Notes under the pieces: model-generated
Database searches by the model: none
Seen by the model: the letters and a program-made list of their open reading frames with translations, nothing else
What the model was told of the DNA's origin: nothing
Shown here: positions 28,149 through 40,700 of the stretch, one piece after another
How positions within the stretch are numbered: the stretch's first letter is position 1
Layout of the letters: every line of letters starts with the position of its first letter
Virus record (IMG/VR): IMGVR_UViG_3300009182_000043
Span: 19,392 to 83,391 of that record
Strand: one strand, 5' to 3'
Source: a virus
DNA: 64,000 nucleotides
Translations under genes and position numbers: made by a program

Positions 28149-30614
28149 ATGGCATTTGAATTTACCGACGAACAACTAAAATGGTTGGGTAACGCAGACA
28201 AGCAAGACCCGTATGTTTTAGCACGTATGCCGGGACCAAAACCCCCGCCTAGTTATTTTACAAACCCCAAGGATCAAGCACTTGCAAAACAACGTTTTGC
28301 ATCGGTGTTTGTTGAAACTGCGGAAATACCCGAACAACCTTCGGTGACTCCGGATCTTCCTGCTACAAATAACGAATTGACAGATGATGATTCAACCGAC
28401 TCAACTTCTACTGCTACTATACCGGTTGCAACAGAACCGGTTGTAGCAACGGAAGAAGAATACACTCCTGGTATGCCCGGAGCCAGAACATATAATCCAT
28501 TGAGTAGATTTAGTAGCTACAATTATCATATAACATTGTATATGATAACTCCAATGGCATATAGTAATTTTGTAGAAAATGGCAGTATTAATCCTTCAGG
28601 AATGTATATTGTCGCTGAATCCGGTGGTACAAATGCAGACGGAAAGAATCAGCGTTTATTCAACTTAGATTTTTATATAGATGATTTAACATTTCAAACT
28701 TTTTTAAACACCAAAGACACTGGTGGACCTAGTGTTGATTCTATTGATTTTAATTTTAAAATATACGAACCTTTTGGTTTTAATTTTCTAACATACTTAA
28801 AAGATGCGGCATTAAAAGTTGCTCGCTTAAGTACGCTTCCTGGAGCAGAAAAAGCTACACACCACATGCAACAATTATATATGATAGGAATTAAGTTTTA
28901 TGGCTACGACCAAAACGGTGATTTAGTAACCAATGATTCACTTAATAAATTAATACCTAATTCAAAAAACGGTTCAAATCTTCAAGCTAACCCAGACAGT
29001 GGTATTTTTACAAGGTATTTACCAATAACTATCATTGATTTTCAATTTAAATTAGATGGAAAACTAACTGCATATGCAATTAAGGCTGCTAACGTGTCCG
29101 TTGCAAAAGGCAATGGCGTAGCCAGAAATCAAATTAAAAATCCTCAACAAGTGGTAGGGAAAAATGTCGAAGAAACATTGATGAATTTAGAAAAAGTTAT
29201 AAACAAAGAACAAACCGATCAATTAGATAAAGAAGAAATTAAAGTTGCAAATAAATTTATAATAAAATTTGCTAATCCTAATTCTAGAAGTATTAAAGAT
29301 GCTACAATAATTACTTCAGCCGAAGCACAGCGAATAAAATCAAACATTACTGGATTAAAAGAAATTAACGATGTTAGCCAAGTGAATGATAAAAATGCAA
29401 GTCAGGCACAACCAGATAACAATACCCGCAGTGTAAGTTTTGCTAAAGGTACTGCTATTACACAAGCAATTGAAAGAATTATTGCACAAAGTACTTTTAT
29501 AACTAATGGGTTAAGTAGAAATTTAACAGAAGATGAAGAAAACGCTGATGATAACAGTAAATCAGGATCTGGTAAAAAGATGAAATGGTTTGTTATAAGC
29601 CCGATTGCAAAAATTATAGCTTATGATACTACTGTCAATGATTTTGCATATGAAATAACTTACTTGATTAATGAGTATAAAATACCTTTTGTAAGGTCTG
29701 CTTTTGTAAAAAATGTTGAAGGATATTATGGACCTCATAAACGATATCAATATTGGTTTACTGGAAAAAACACAGAGGTCATTAGTTACGAACAGAAATA
29801 TAATGGTTTATATTATATGGATACACCGGTAAATCCTGAACCCGGAAAAGAAATGCCCAACACCGGTGGGTATGCCGCCCCATATAATACAAACACCCCG
29901 TCAAACGCAGATACTTCTACTATGTTTGAAAAGGGAGGTGAAGCTATTGGAAGTTTAAGAACTAACCTATACAATCCGGCAGATCAAATAACATCATCTA
30001 TTACTATAATAGGTGATCCTGATTTTATCGTAACTACTGTTGGAGTAGACTATACTGCATATGAATCTTTTTACGGTGCTGACTACTCAATTGACCCTCA
30101 CGCAGGGCAAGTGTTTATTGAAATTGACTTTAAACAAGTAATTGATTACAACAATGATACTGGTGTAATGGCTGCAAATGATAAATTGAGTGCATATAAT
30201 TATCCAAAGTCTTTAAAAAATGTTCAAGGTATAACTTACATGGCAAAGGATGTTGTGTCAACATTCTCAAGAGGTAAATTTACACAAGAACTACACACTG
30301 TGCTTTGGAGCCCGCCCACAGACGATAATTCATCAACTTCTAACTCTGAATCAAATAGAGAAAATCAAAAAAATGCAGAGACAAAAAATAAAGATAATGC
30401 AAAAGGAAAATTGGTTGGTTTTTCTTCAGAAGAATCTACTGGTGGTGATTCTTCAGTTTTAGCTTCTAGTGATACTTCAACTGGTCGTGAATTTGGTAAT
30501 TTGCCAGATAACTTAGAAAGTACGAACACTCCAACAACAGCAGGCGCAAAAATTATGAGTGTAAATTATCCATACAATCAAAGACCAGATGATGATAATT
30601 CAAGTTATGCATAA
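28149..30614 (+). CDS. Baseplate hub protein (gp27-like)
   Basis: Lies before the gp5-like gene; C-terminal ITIIGDP...STFSRGKFTQEL. Confidence 0.55.
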   Translation: MAFEFTDEQLKWLGNADKQDPYVLARMPGPKPPPSYFTNPKDQALAKQRFASVFVETAEIPEQPSVTPDLPATNNELTDDDSTDSTSTATIPVATEPVVATEEEYTPGMPGARTYNPLSRFSSYNYHITLYMITPMAYSNFVENGSINPSGMYIVAESGGTNADGKNQRLFNLDFYIDDLTFQTFLNTKDTGGPSVDSIDFNFKIYEPFGFNFLTYLKDAALKVARLSTLPGAEKATHHMQQLYMIGIKFYGYDQNGDLVTNDSLNKLIPNSKNGSNLQANPDSGIFTRYLPITIIDFQFKLDGKLTAYAIKAANVSVAKGNGVARNQIKNPQQVVGKNVEETLMNLEKVINKEQTDQLDKEEIKVANKFIIKFANPNSRSIKDATIITSAEAQRIKSNITGLKEINDVSQVNDKNASQAQPDNNTRSVSFAKGTAITQAIERIIAQSTFITNGLSRNLTEDEENADDNSKSGSGKKMKWFVISPIAKIIAYDTTVNDFAYEITYLINEYKIPFVRSAFVKNVEGYYGPHKRYQYWFTGKNTEVISYEQKYNGLYYMDTPVNPEPGKEMPNTGGYAAPYNTNTPSNADTSTMFEKGGEAIGSLRTNLYNPADQITSSITIIGDPDFIVTTVGVDYTAYESFYGADYSIDPHAGQVFIEIDFKQVIDYNNDTGVMAANDKLSAYNYPKSLKNVQGITYMAKDVVSTFSRGKFTQELHTVLWSPPTDDNSSTSNSESNRENQKNAETKNKDNAKGKLVGFSSEESTGGDSSVLASSDTSTGREFGNLPDNLESTNTPTTAGAKIMSVNYPYNQRPDDDNSSYA

Positions 30615-30637
30615 TATTGTAATGATGGAAGATAAAA

Positions 30638-33600
30638 ATGACTAATAACGTAGTAAAAATCAAAGGAACCACTTCTGCTAATAAACAGGGTAAGGGTGGT
30701 AGTATCAGTATAAACTATGCAGTAAAAGGTATAGTAAAGAACGTTATAGATGCAAACAGATCAGGAAGAATTCAAGTGTTCATTTCTGATTTTGGTGCAA
30801 AAGACGAGAACGCAGTAACAAGCTGGACTACAGTAAGTTATATGAGTCCTTTCTTTGGTATTACTCAGGGAGACAACGGCAACGGAAGTAGTGGTGAAGG
30901 CTCATTTAAAAACAACCATCACAGCTATGGTTTTTGGGCTGTACCGCCTGATATAGGAACTGAAGTCATATGTATATTTTTAAATGGTAAACAAGATTTT
31001 GGATATTATATCGGCTGTATTCCAAAAGTAGGATTGCATCACATGGTTCCTGGCATAGGTGCTTCAAGTCACATAAGTTCAAATAGTAGTGAAGCTGATA
31101 GTTACGGCGGTGCAACAGCATTGCCTGTTGTAGAATGGAATGACGTTGGTAATGACGAATTAAGTAATTTTCTTGATGTTAATCGTCCAGTACATAGTGC
31201 AGTTGCAGGACAATTGCAACAACAAGGTTTATTACGTGATCCAATTAGAGGTGCAATTTCAAGTTCTAGTATGCGTGAAACACCATCACGTGTGTTTGGT
31301 ATATCTACACCCGGTAGACCTATATATAAAGGTGGATTGGGTGACGGAGTTAATGATACTGCTATTGCAGAAGGTATACCGAAACAAACAGACAGTAATC
31401 TTAAAGTAACTTCTCGCCGAGGTGGACATAGTTTTGTGATGGATGACGGTAGTGTAGAAGGACAAAATCAATTAATAAGATTGCGTACAAGTTCTGGTCA
31501 TCAAATTACTATGAGTGATGATGGTCAAACTTTATTTGTGATACATGCCAATGGTCAGAGTTATGTAGAGTTGGGCAAAGAAGGCACTGTAGATATCTAT
31601 TCAATGAACAGTTTTAATGTTCGCTCACAAGGAGATATTAATTTTCACGCAGACAACAATGTCAACATACATGCTGAAAAAAAACTTAACATATATGCTG
31701 AACAAATTAATATTCAAAGTGACAAAGAAACTAATATACGAATCGGAAGCGAATTTACACAACATACAGTTGGAGACCATACACTTAAAGTTGATAAGGG
31801 GTTGAGCATGAACTCAACATCAGATGCTTCTTTGGCATCAAGTGCAACAACATATATAAACGGTAGTGTTATTAACTTGAATACCGGTGCAACTTCATTA
31901 AACCCCGAAGCAGTAAAATCATTTACTAAAACATCGCATGTTGATACATTATCTGATAGTTCTAAGGGTTGGGTGGTAACCCCAGGAAAACTTAACAGTA
32001 TAACCAGTCGTGCCCCTGCACATACACCTTGGGCAAATGCTAATTTAGGAGTTGATGTTCAAGTAAAAGCTTCTGCTAGCGATTCATTACCTAGCCCACC
32101 GTCAGCTCAAGTTGATGCAGTAAATAGTTCAGTTCCAACTAATCCAAAGAATCCTACTTATCCTGCAGTTGCCGCAACCGTACCATCAGCAGATTCAACA
32201 GGGGAATTAGATAAAGGTACAACTCAAGCAATTATTTCTCAACAAGCAGTGACCGTAGCAAACGGCCCGGCTAAAGATGCAGTTTCCGCAGGTTCTGGTG
32301 TAGTGGACATTAATGGTACAAAACAAGCAATATTAGGAAAATTAGGACAAACACCAACTCAACTAGAACAAGCTGGGATTATTAAACCGGGTAGTGCAGC
32401 CTTGGCCAATTCATTGGTAGCAAAAGGCAAAACAGTTGAAGAAGCATTACCACCAAGCTTGTTTACTGGGAAAGACGGAGTCAATAGTGTTTCAGATTAT
32501 GTACAAAATCCTAAGGCGCAAGTGTCCGGTGCAACCACTATAATGGAAAACGGATATAGCTCTCTCAAATCTTCTGGAATAATTACTGGTAAAGAAAGTC
32601 AATCTAGTGTTGGTGGGTTGTTATCTAGTTCATTAACACATGGGTCAGACGCAACTATTGGGTTTGTTAAAGGATTAGGCACTACAACACAATCAACTAG
32701 TACCGGCGCTAAGATAAGTTCAAGTATTACTGATGGAAATTATGCAGCCAATTTAAATGAAAAATCTATGAGTTCAACAGGTACAATAGGAGATTCAATT
32801 AAGAAAACAACAACCTCAATAATTGATAACGCAAAAAATGCAGCCTCAAAAGGATTTGATGCGGTTAAGTCAGTTTTCAAAGGTTTTTCTGCTAATAAGC
32901 CCGTAAACTTAACAGTCGCTACAGCAGAAAATGATCCTAATTATAAACCGGCGTTTGTTAAAGACCCGGCAACAGGCAGAGATGTTAGAAATTTTAGCGA
33001 TGCAGAGTTAGCACAAATGAAGTCTAATAACAGTGAATTAAACAAAACACTAACTGCAAGCATGGGACTTCAACCCGGCGGATCATTGTCTACTTCTTTA
33101 TCTAACGAAGGATCTGCTCTTAAAAACTCAATATCAACTTCAAGCACCTCGGAAAGTTCTATGAGTGCATTGACCTCTCCAGCAAATAATTTAGGACTTA
33201 CTAACGGAAGCGGGTTAAAAAGTTTAACTAATGGAGCGCCCGATTTGTCAGCATTAGCAGGTGCACCTAGTACAGAAAATTTACCGGTCAAATTGCCACA
33301 GAACGCACAAACTATAGCAAAATCTTCATCACCAACTGGTACTACATTAAGCAGTGTAACTTCTCCTGGATTAGGTTTAGGAGCATTTGAAGATGGATTA
33401 GCGTCATTGGGTTCTTTTGTTAACAAGGCTGATCCTGCTAGTTCAAAACCTAATTTAGGGGCTATACCCAAAGGTGGTGAAAATAGCACTGTTCTTCCTA
33501 CTTTCGCCGTAGATACAGTAGACCGAACAGAACTTAATTCATTGTCAAAATCTTTACTGGGACCGGGGGTCGCACTACCAATCACTTCGGGCGGTGCATT

Positions 33601-33835
33601 GAACGTAAAACCATTAAGTGCGGAATCATCTGCCAAATATGATACTTTGAAAAAAGAATTAGACGATTTAGATAAAAACAAAAAATGGGACCTACAAACC
33701 GCAAAAAATAAAGCTGAAAAGAAATACGGAGCTGACAGTGCAGAATATGCGAGCGCCAATCAGGATTATAAGGATTGCATCAAACGCATTGAGGATATTA
33801 GAAAAGAAATGTACAGTTTGACTACAGGACAATAA
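30638..33835 (+). CDS. Baseplate central spike (gp5/VgrG-like) with a long C-terminal extension
   Basis: OB-fold DANRSGRIQV...PPDIGTEVICIF; RTSSGHQITMSD; beta-helix repeats. Confidence 0.8.
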   Translation: MTNNVVKIKGTTSANKQGKGGSISINYAVKGIVKNVIDANRSGRIQVFISDFGAKDENAVTSWTTVSYMSPFFGITQGDNGNGSSGEGSFKNNHHSYGFWAVPPDIGTEVICIFLNGKQDFGYYIGCIPKVGLHHMVPGIGASSHISSNSSEADSYGGATALPVVEWNDVGNDELSNFLDVNRPVHSAVAGQLQQQGLLRDPIRGAISSSSMRETPSRVFGISTPGRPIYKGGLGDGVNDTAIAEGIPKQTDSNLKVTSRRGGHSFVMDDGSVEGQNQLIRLRTSSGHQITMSDDGQTLFVIHANGQSYVELGKEGTVDIYSMNSFNVRSQGDINFHADNNVNIHAEKKLNIYAEQINIQSDKETNIRIGSEFTQHTVGDHTLKVDKGLSMNSTSDASLASSATTYINGSVINLNTGATSLNPEAVKSFTKTSHVDTLSDSSKGWVVTPGKLNSITSRAPAHTPWANANLGVDVQVKASASDSLPSPPSAQVDAVNSSVPTNPKNPTYPAVAATVPSADSTGELDKGTTQAIISQQAVTVANGPAKDAVSAGSGVVDINGTKQAILGKLGQTPTQLEQAGIIKPGSAALANSLVAKGKTVEEALPPSLFTGKDGVNSVSDYVQNPKAQVSGATTIMENGYSSLKSSGIITGKESQSSVGGLLSSSLTHGSDATIGFVKGLGTTTQSTSTGAKISSSITDGNYAANLNEKSMSSTGTIGDSIKKTTTSIIDNAKNAASKGFDAVKSVFKGFSANKPVNLTVATAENDPNYKPAFVKDPATGRDVRNFSDAELAQMKSNNSELNKTLTASMGLQPGGSLSTSLSNEGSALKNSISTSSTSESSMSALTSPANNLGLTNGSGLKSLTNGAPDLSALAGAPSTENLPVKLPQNAQTIAKSSSPTGTTLSSVTSPGLGLGAFEDGLASLGSFVNKADPASSKPNLGAIPKGGENSTVLPTFAVDTVDRTELNSLSKSLLGPGVALPITSGGALNVKPLSAESSAKYDTLKKELDDLDKNKKWDLQTAKNKAEKKYGADSAEYASANQDYKDCIKRIEDIRKEMYSLTTGQ

Positions 33836-33845
33836 AGGAAAAAAC

Positions 33846-34295
33846 ATGGCAATATATTATGGATTCTCAACACAACATATTAATTCAATTAGGTCTAACG
33901 ATATACCTACAGGATTATCTAATTACAATAAGAAAATAGGTACTTCTTCAGTCGGGGCAAAAAAGTATAAAGTCACGGATGATGAATTAGTAATATTAGA
34001 TTTCCTCAATGCGCTGAATATTCCGCAAGGATCAAAACCGGGAAAAGCTTCTTATGGTACAAATATTTGGAATTTTATATATGAGCCAAATACTCCTGAT
34101 ACCGTTGCATTACTTAAAGAAGAATTGTTAAGAATTTCTAGAATGGACCCAAGATTGATTATTAATTCAATTGATGTTTACTCTCAAGAAAATACAATTG
34201 TTGCACAGATTGAGTTGGCAATAAATCCAACAAATCAAGCACAAACATTGAGTATTATGTTTGACCAACAAACAAATACTGCTACGCTAGCTTAA
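33846..34295 (+). CDS. Baseplate wedge / sheath initiator (gp25-like)
   Basis: GSKPGKASYGTNIWNFIYEP...DPRL. Confidence 0.8.
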   Translation: MAIYYGFSTQHINSIRSNDIPTGLSNYNKKIGTSSVGAKKYKVTDDELVILDFLNALNIPQGSKPGKASYGTNIWNFIYEPNTPDTVALLKEELLRISRMDPRLIINSIDVYSQENTIVAQIELAINPTNQAQTLSIMFDQQTNTATLA

Positions 34296-34314
34296 AAACC
34301 GGTATTTTTATAAC

Positions 34315-34322
34315 GATAAATA
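34315..34322 (+). promoter_or_regulatory. Late box GATAAATA
   Basis: 21 nt upstream of the ATG at 34344. Confidence 0.6.
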
Positions 34323-34343
34323 TATTAGAGAGATACTACATTT

Positions 34344-37300
34344 ATGGCCACAAGTTCTAGACAATCAACAATATTTGGTACCAATGATTGGAAAACCATC
34401 TATAAAACTTTCAGTCAAGCTGATTTCCAAAGCTACGACTATGAAACTCTGCGTAAAACTTTTGTAGATTATCTAAGAACTCACTATCCAGAGACTTTTA
34501 ATGACTATACCGAGAGTTCAGAGTATATAGCATTGTTGGATATTATTGCGTTCATGGGGCAAAGCTTAAGTTTCCGTGACGATTTAAATACACGTGAAAA
34601 TTTTATTGACACAGCAGAACGCCGTGATAGTGTTATTAAACTAGCAAATTTAATTGGGTATAGCCCAAAAAGAAATTTGTCCTCTGAGGGCTTTTTAAAA
34701 ATAGTAGGAATTAGAACTACTGAAAATATAAGTGATATTAATGGGGCTAATTTGGGTGGTAGGACAATCACCTGGAATGATCCGTCAAATGGTAATTGGC
34801 AAGAGCAATTCAATACTGTTTTAAATGCGGCTTTAATTAATTCGCAAAGAATTGGTCGTCCCGGAAATACAACTACGGTGTTGGGAATTAAAACTAGCGA
34901 ATATAGTATTCAAATACCAGCAGATGCACTACCTGTAGTACCCTTCAATGCTACAGTTAGCGGAACTACAATGAACTTTGAATTAGTTAGTTCCAGCACT
35001 GTTGGAAAAGATTATATCTATGAATTGCCACCAAAAGCAAACGGAATATTTAATATATTGTACAGAAATGATAACTTAGGTTACGGAGGATCAAATACCG
35101 GATTCTTTATGTATTTTAAACAAGGCACATTAAAGACTCAAAATTTTTCTTTGTCACAAAAATTATCAAATCAGATAGTCAGCGTAAACATTGAAAATAT
35201 TAATGATAATGATGTTTGGTTATTTAAAATTGATCCTGTAACAGGGGAACTAACCGAGTGGAAAAAAGTTGATAATATTTTTAACAACACATATTCATTA
35301 TCTAACAAGAATAATAACCAAGTATTCTCTGTTGGCTCAAGATTTAACGACCAGATAAATTATATATTTGGTGATGGTGTGTTTGGTGAAATACCAATTG
35401 GAAACTTTAGAGGATATGTAAGAGCAGGTAACTCACTTCAATATAATATTGATCCAAGTGAAATTCAAGGAACCGCTGTTTCTTTTAGTTATGTTAGTAA
35501 AACTAATAGAGTTGAAACGTTAACAATAACTCTACAGCTAACACAACCTGTAACCAATGCACAAACACGTGAACCAATATCAGATATTAAATTACGTGCT
35601 CCCACAAGATACTATACACAAAATCGTATGGTAAATGGTGAAGATTATAACGTATTCCCAAAAACATTGTACAGTAGTGTATTAAAAAGTAAAGCATTGA
35701 ATCGTAGCAGTATTGGAACTTCACGCAACTATGATTTATTAGACCCAACTGCAAAATATTCAAGTGTTAGTGCATTTGCTGAAGATGGTGCATTGTATCA
35801 GAAAACTGACAATGAGTTTAGAACATTTACACTAGAAAGAGGAACAACAAGTGTGATAAGTTTTTTAACTAATAACTTGTTGTCTATATTATCTAACCAT
35901 AAAATGTCACAGTTTTACATTTCTAACGCAAACAGATTTTCACCAACTACAAGAGATTCAATAACTGGTCAACCAATTTATAATGTATGGAAACAAACTT
36001 CATACAACTATACAAATATTACAGGTTATTTCAATATTAGTGATACTGCCGTACCTGTAGGAATATATACTACTGGAAATATGAAATATTGTACTACAGG
36101 AGCATACATTAAATTTATTGCACCTAGTGGATATGTTTTTCAAAACAATAAATTAATTCCAAAATTATCACAACCCGGAGACGTTACATATCTTTGGGCT
36201 ACTGTTGTTGATGTTGTGAATGACGGATACAACGGAGGTTTGGGTAATTTAGCTTCTGGATTGGGTCCAATTACACTTAGCCATAATATACCATCAGGTT
36301 CAATAGTAGACACAATCATTCCGGTGTTTGATAATATTGTTCCTGCTATCTTAATTCAAAATGCAATAGCACGTTGTAACATAAATCAAAGTTTTTCTTT
36401 AATGTATAACAATTCATTATCATTGAATGATCCAAATAGATGGACAATTTTTGATTATTCAGAAACTAATTTCTTAGTTAACTTTAAAAGTTTAGGTAAT
36501 GGTTTGTACTCAGTAACCAATAAAGCACTATCATTTTACTTTGGTAGTGTTAATGATACAAGATTTTCTTTTGATAAAACAAAGATTATATACGATCCAC
36601 TTAGTGGAAAATCAACTTATGATACTATAAGAATTTTAAAAACAAACTCACTTCCAAGTTCAAATTCATCTTTCTCGTCTGATATATATTTGGCTGTAGT
36701 AGGACAACCAGTAGAATCTGATGGTTATGTGGATGATTATTCTGTAGAAGTTAGCATTTTAGACCCAGAAAATAATCAAATTATTGGTAATCCTGATTTT
36801 TTTGATGACGTTACTGCATACAAGAGTGTACCAAACGCTTTTGTGTTTGTTGAAAAAATAATTGATTACAATTTATTAAACAAATTCAAAATCATCCCTA
36901 GTACAAATATTGAAACCAGCTACGGTACATTGAATCAAATTCAAAATGTAAAATACTTATACGAAATAGGTCAGCGTTTTTATGCATTTTTAGATAAAAA
37001 ATATTATCAAACTGCAATTGATTCTACTTCTGCTAATTTTATATTAGTAAATGAAATAAGTGGTATTTATAATTATTCAGGAAGACAAGGACTGTATTTT
37101 CAATACAAACATAACAGCAGTAGTACTTCTAGAATTAATCCTGCAACCACAAATATTATAGATATGTACCTTGTGACTCAATCATATTATATACAATATA
37201 ATCAATGGATCACTGATACTACCGGTAAAGTTGTTGAACCAACTGCACCTACAATAAATGAGTTAGCACAAAGCTATGGTAAAATAGAAAATTATAAAAT

Positions 37301-37697
37301 GTTAAGTGATAGTGTAATTCTAAACAGTGTCAAATTTAAACCTTTGTTTGGGTCTAAAGCAGATTCTGAATTACAAGCGGTAATTAAAGTAATTAAAAAT
37401 TCAACTACTACCGCAAGTGACAGTGAAATAAGTATCTCTGTTATCAACAGTATCAATACTTATTTCAATATTAATAATTGGGATTTTGGGGACACGTTTT
37501 ACTTTAGTGAATTAAGTGCGTATTTACATAGTGAACTGGGAGACTTTATAGGGTCTGCTATTTTAGTTCCAAAGAATCCTAAACTAAAATTTGGCGATTT
37601 GTATGAAATTCGTAGCGCACCTAATGAAATTTTTATAAGTTGTGCTCAAGTCTCTGATATACAGGTTATCACATCACTAACTGCAAATGAATTTTAA
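34344..37697 (+). CDS. Baseplate wedge subunit (gp6-like)
   Basis: ENFIDTAERRDSVIKLANLIGYSP, FGDGVFGEIP and QNRMVNGEDY. Confidence 0.85.
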   Translation: MATSSRQSTIFGTNDWKTIYKTFSQADFQSYDYETLRKTFVDYLRTHYPETFNDYTESSEYIALLDIIAFMGQSLSFRDDLNTRENFIDTAERRDSVIKLANLIGYSPKRNLSSEGFLKIVGIRTTENISDINGANLGGRTITWNDPSNGNWQEQFNTVLNAALINSQRIGRPGNTTTVLGIKTSEYSIQIPADALPVVPFNATVSGTTMNFELVSSSTVGKDYIYELPPKANGIFNILYRNDNLGYGGSNTGFFMYFKQGTLKTQNFSLSQKLSNQIVSVNIENINDNDVWLFKIDPVTGELTEWKKVDNIFNNTYSLSNKNNNQVFSVGSRFNDQINYIFGDGVFGEIPIGNFRGYVRAGNSLQYNIDPSEIQGTAVSFSYVSKTNRVETLTITLQLTQPVTNAQTREPISDIKLRAPTRYYTQNRMVNGEDYNVFPKTLYSSVLKSKALNRSSIGTSRNYDLLDPTAKYSSVSAFAEDGALYQKTDNEFRTFTLERGTTSVISFLTNNLLSILSNHKMSQFYISNANRFSPTTRDSITGQPIYNVWKQTSYNYTNITGYFNISDTAVPVGIYTTGNMKYCTTGAYIKFIAPSGYVFQNNKLIPKLSQPGDVTYLWATVVDVVNDGYNGGLGNLASGLGPITLSHNIPSGSIVDTIIPVFDNIVPAILIQNAIARCNINQSFSLMYNNSLSLNDPNRWTIFDYSETNFLVNFKSLGNGLYSVTNKALSFYFGSVNDTRFSFDKTKIIYDPLSGKSTYDTIRILKTNSLPSSNSSFSSDIYLAVVGQPVESDGYVDDYSVEVSILDPENNQIIGNPDFFDDVTAYKSVPNAFVFVEKIIDYNLLNKFKIIPSTNIETSYGTLNQIQNVKYLYEIGQRFYAFLDKKYYQTAIDSTSANFILVNEISGIYNYSGRQGLYFQYKHNSSSTSRINPATTNIIDMYLVTQSYYIQYNQWITDTTGKVVEPTAPTINELAQSYGKIENYKMLSDSVILNSVKFKPLFGSKADSELQAVIKVIKNSTTTASDSEISISVINSINTYFNINNWDFGDTFYFSELSAYLHSELGDFIGSAILVPKNPKLKFGDLYEIRSAPNEIFISCAQVSDIQVITSLTANEF

Positions 37698-37715
37698 ACC
37701 AGTGGAAAAACAATA

Positions 37716-40700
37716 ATGACATCTCAAGTAAGAACGCTTAATTTTCTTCCTGAAATATTTAGGACATCATCTAACCAACAATTTTTAAGTGCAACACTGG
37801 ATCAGTTGGTTACTCCACCTAAATTGGATAAAATAGAAGGGTACATTGGTAGAAAATTTGAATATGGATTAACTGCTAGTGATACCTATATTCCCGAAAC
37901 AAATAGTATTAGACAACATTATCAATTAGAACCAAGTGTTGTCTTTACAAAATCAAATACTAGTACCGCAGTTGACGTATTAACTTATCCGGGACTAATT
38001 GATGCATTGGCAGCGGAAAATGGTTCAGTAGTAAATCATTCTAAATTATTTCAAAATCAATTTTATTCATGGGACAGTTTTGTTGATATGGACAAACTTG
38101 TTAATTTTAGTCAGTATTATTGGTTACCTGATGGGCCGGATAGTGTTGAGATAACCACAGACTTACTACACAATGAACTTCTTTTCATTGTAAAAGATGA
38201 GACAATTGATTATTCATTCACTGCCAATGACAAAGCTTTGGGTAAAAATCCTGAAATAAAATTATTACGTGGCGGCACATATACCTTTCAAGTAGACCCA
38301 GCTTCCAAAATGTACATACAAACTAGTCCTGGTATTTCGGGTGTTGATCCTGCTAGAAATAATGTAAGTTCTAGAGAAATATACGGAGTTGATGGCAATG
38401 GAAACGGTATAATTACTTTTACTGTACCTCATGTAAACGATCAGGATTCTTTTATATACGCAAACAGTATTTTTGTTGATTTGATATCTACAATACCGTT
38501 TGATAGCATTCATGGAAAAGCATTAAGTACATTTAAAAACTTAGATAATGTAAATATTTTAAATGATAAAATTATAATGTTTTATGGGTTTGCACCTAAT
38601 CAAACCGCACGTATTGTTAATTTTTACGATGATGGTACTTTGGATAATCTTACTTTTGATTCTAGTACTCCCACCGTAGTTAATAACTATTTTTACAAAA
38701 TTAGTTTAGTTGCAGATGAGACCGGAGATCCTTTAATCTCATTATCAGAGTACAAGCAAATACCAACCAATCAAAAAATAACTATTACCAATGGAAAACA
38801 ATTTATTGGAAAATCTTTTGTACGCAATGAATTTGGAGAGATAATTTTACTACCACCAATCACTGCTAATTTAGACACCTTATATTACCAAGATTCTAAA
38901 AATTCTTTAAAAACAGGAACAATCAAATTAATTGATAATCAAGACAGCCACGCTATAAACATTGAAACTGGTATATTAGGAAAAAGAAATTACACTAGCC
39001 CGTTGGGAGTAAAATTTACTAACGGATTAAAAGTATATTTTACCGGATTGGTTTACCCACAAAATTACAAAAATAAAAATTATTATGTTGAGGGTGTTGG
39101 TTCTAGCATTTACCTAGTACCCGAATCAGAATTGTTAGTTCCAGAAAAATTTACTGAAAACGTATACAAATATTACGACACCGAAAATTTTGACACTTCA
39201 GGTTTTAGTGAAAGACTAAATGTTCCTGTTAATAAAGACTATATAACCATTAACAGAAAAGCACAAAATAGAAACGCATGGAGTCGAAGCAACAGATGGT
39301 TCCATATTGACGTATTAAAGAATACTATAAAATATACAAATGGTTCTATTGCTCAGAATGCATTGAATAATCAATTAAATCGTGCAAACAGACCTATCAT
39401 AGAATTTTATCCAAATTTAAAATTATTTAATACTGGCACTGTTCACAAATCATTTGTTGATTTTATTGATACTGTTACTACCAATGTAGATTCTCAGATA
39501 TTAGGTCAAACATCTTATATGATAGATACTAGTATACCGTTATTCGATGGTGCTAGAATTGTTTTTACAAAAGATAATAATATTGAAGTTAAAAATAAAA
39601 TCTTTATTGTAAAATTTCAAAAATTATCGGTTAACGCAACTCCTGTTATTACATTAACTAATACACCGGAGGATGTAGTTCTTCCTGACGAACAAGTTGT
39701 ATCCTTAAAAAACAATATTAATAAAGTTTATTACTTTAATGGTTCAAATTGGAATAGTTCTCAAGCAAAGACATTAATAAATCAACCTCCTTTGTTTGAT
39801 GTTTTTGATATTAATGGTATTAGCTTTAGTAATCAATCATATTATAATGGAAGTAATTTTGCCGGTAGCAAGTTATTTTCTTATGCTATAGGTACAGGTG
39901 GCAACGACAGTGTTTTAGGATTTCCTATTAAATATAGCTCGGTTTCTAATGTTGGTGACATAAGCTTTAACGTTAACTTCAATAGTGATTCATTTAATTT
40001 TATTAAAAATACTATATCAACTACATATAAAATAACTGACGGGTATGTACATAATTATACATCACGAACCAAATACAACAGAAAAATAGGTTGGGAAACA
40101 GCAAAAGGAGAAAGTTTTCAGTATCAAGCATTTGATATTAACTATTTGATTGGTCCAAGTAACCCGTCTTTGATTTTTAATATTTTACCAGTTGATGATA
40201 CAGCAACTCCATGGCCAATAACAAAATTATTTATTGATAGTGTAGAACAAACAGCCGATCAATATACTGTCACTAAATCAACTGCAAAAAATCAAACTAC
40301 TATTAGTTTATTGAATCCTCCTAAAAGCAATACATTATTGCAGATATTAATATACAGCAATGACCCGTTAGACCCTAATGCATACTATACAATACCTAGT
40401 AATTTAGCTAACAATCCATTCAACGTAGATATTGAAGAATTAAGTTTAGGTGATTTAAAAGGACAATATCAAAGTATTTTCACAAATAGCAGAAAAATAA
40501 CCGGTGATGTTTTTGGTTCAAATAACTTTAGAGATTCCGGTGATTTGATTCCCTATGGAACTAAAATAATTAGAAACAGTGCGTCACTAGTCAATACAGC
40601 AGTTTTTTTAAGAAATAGAGAATATAACTTAATTGATGCATTGACCTTTAATGAATATCAGTATATAAAATTTAAACAATTACTTTTGAATACTGTTGAC

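Noticed and set aside
33070-33759. 229-aa minus-strand ORF
   Set aside because: Antisense to the low-complexity tail of the gp5-like gene, with no independent support
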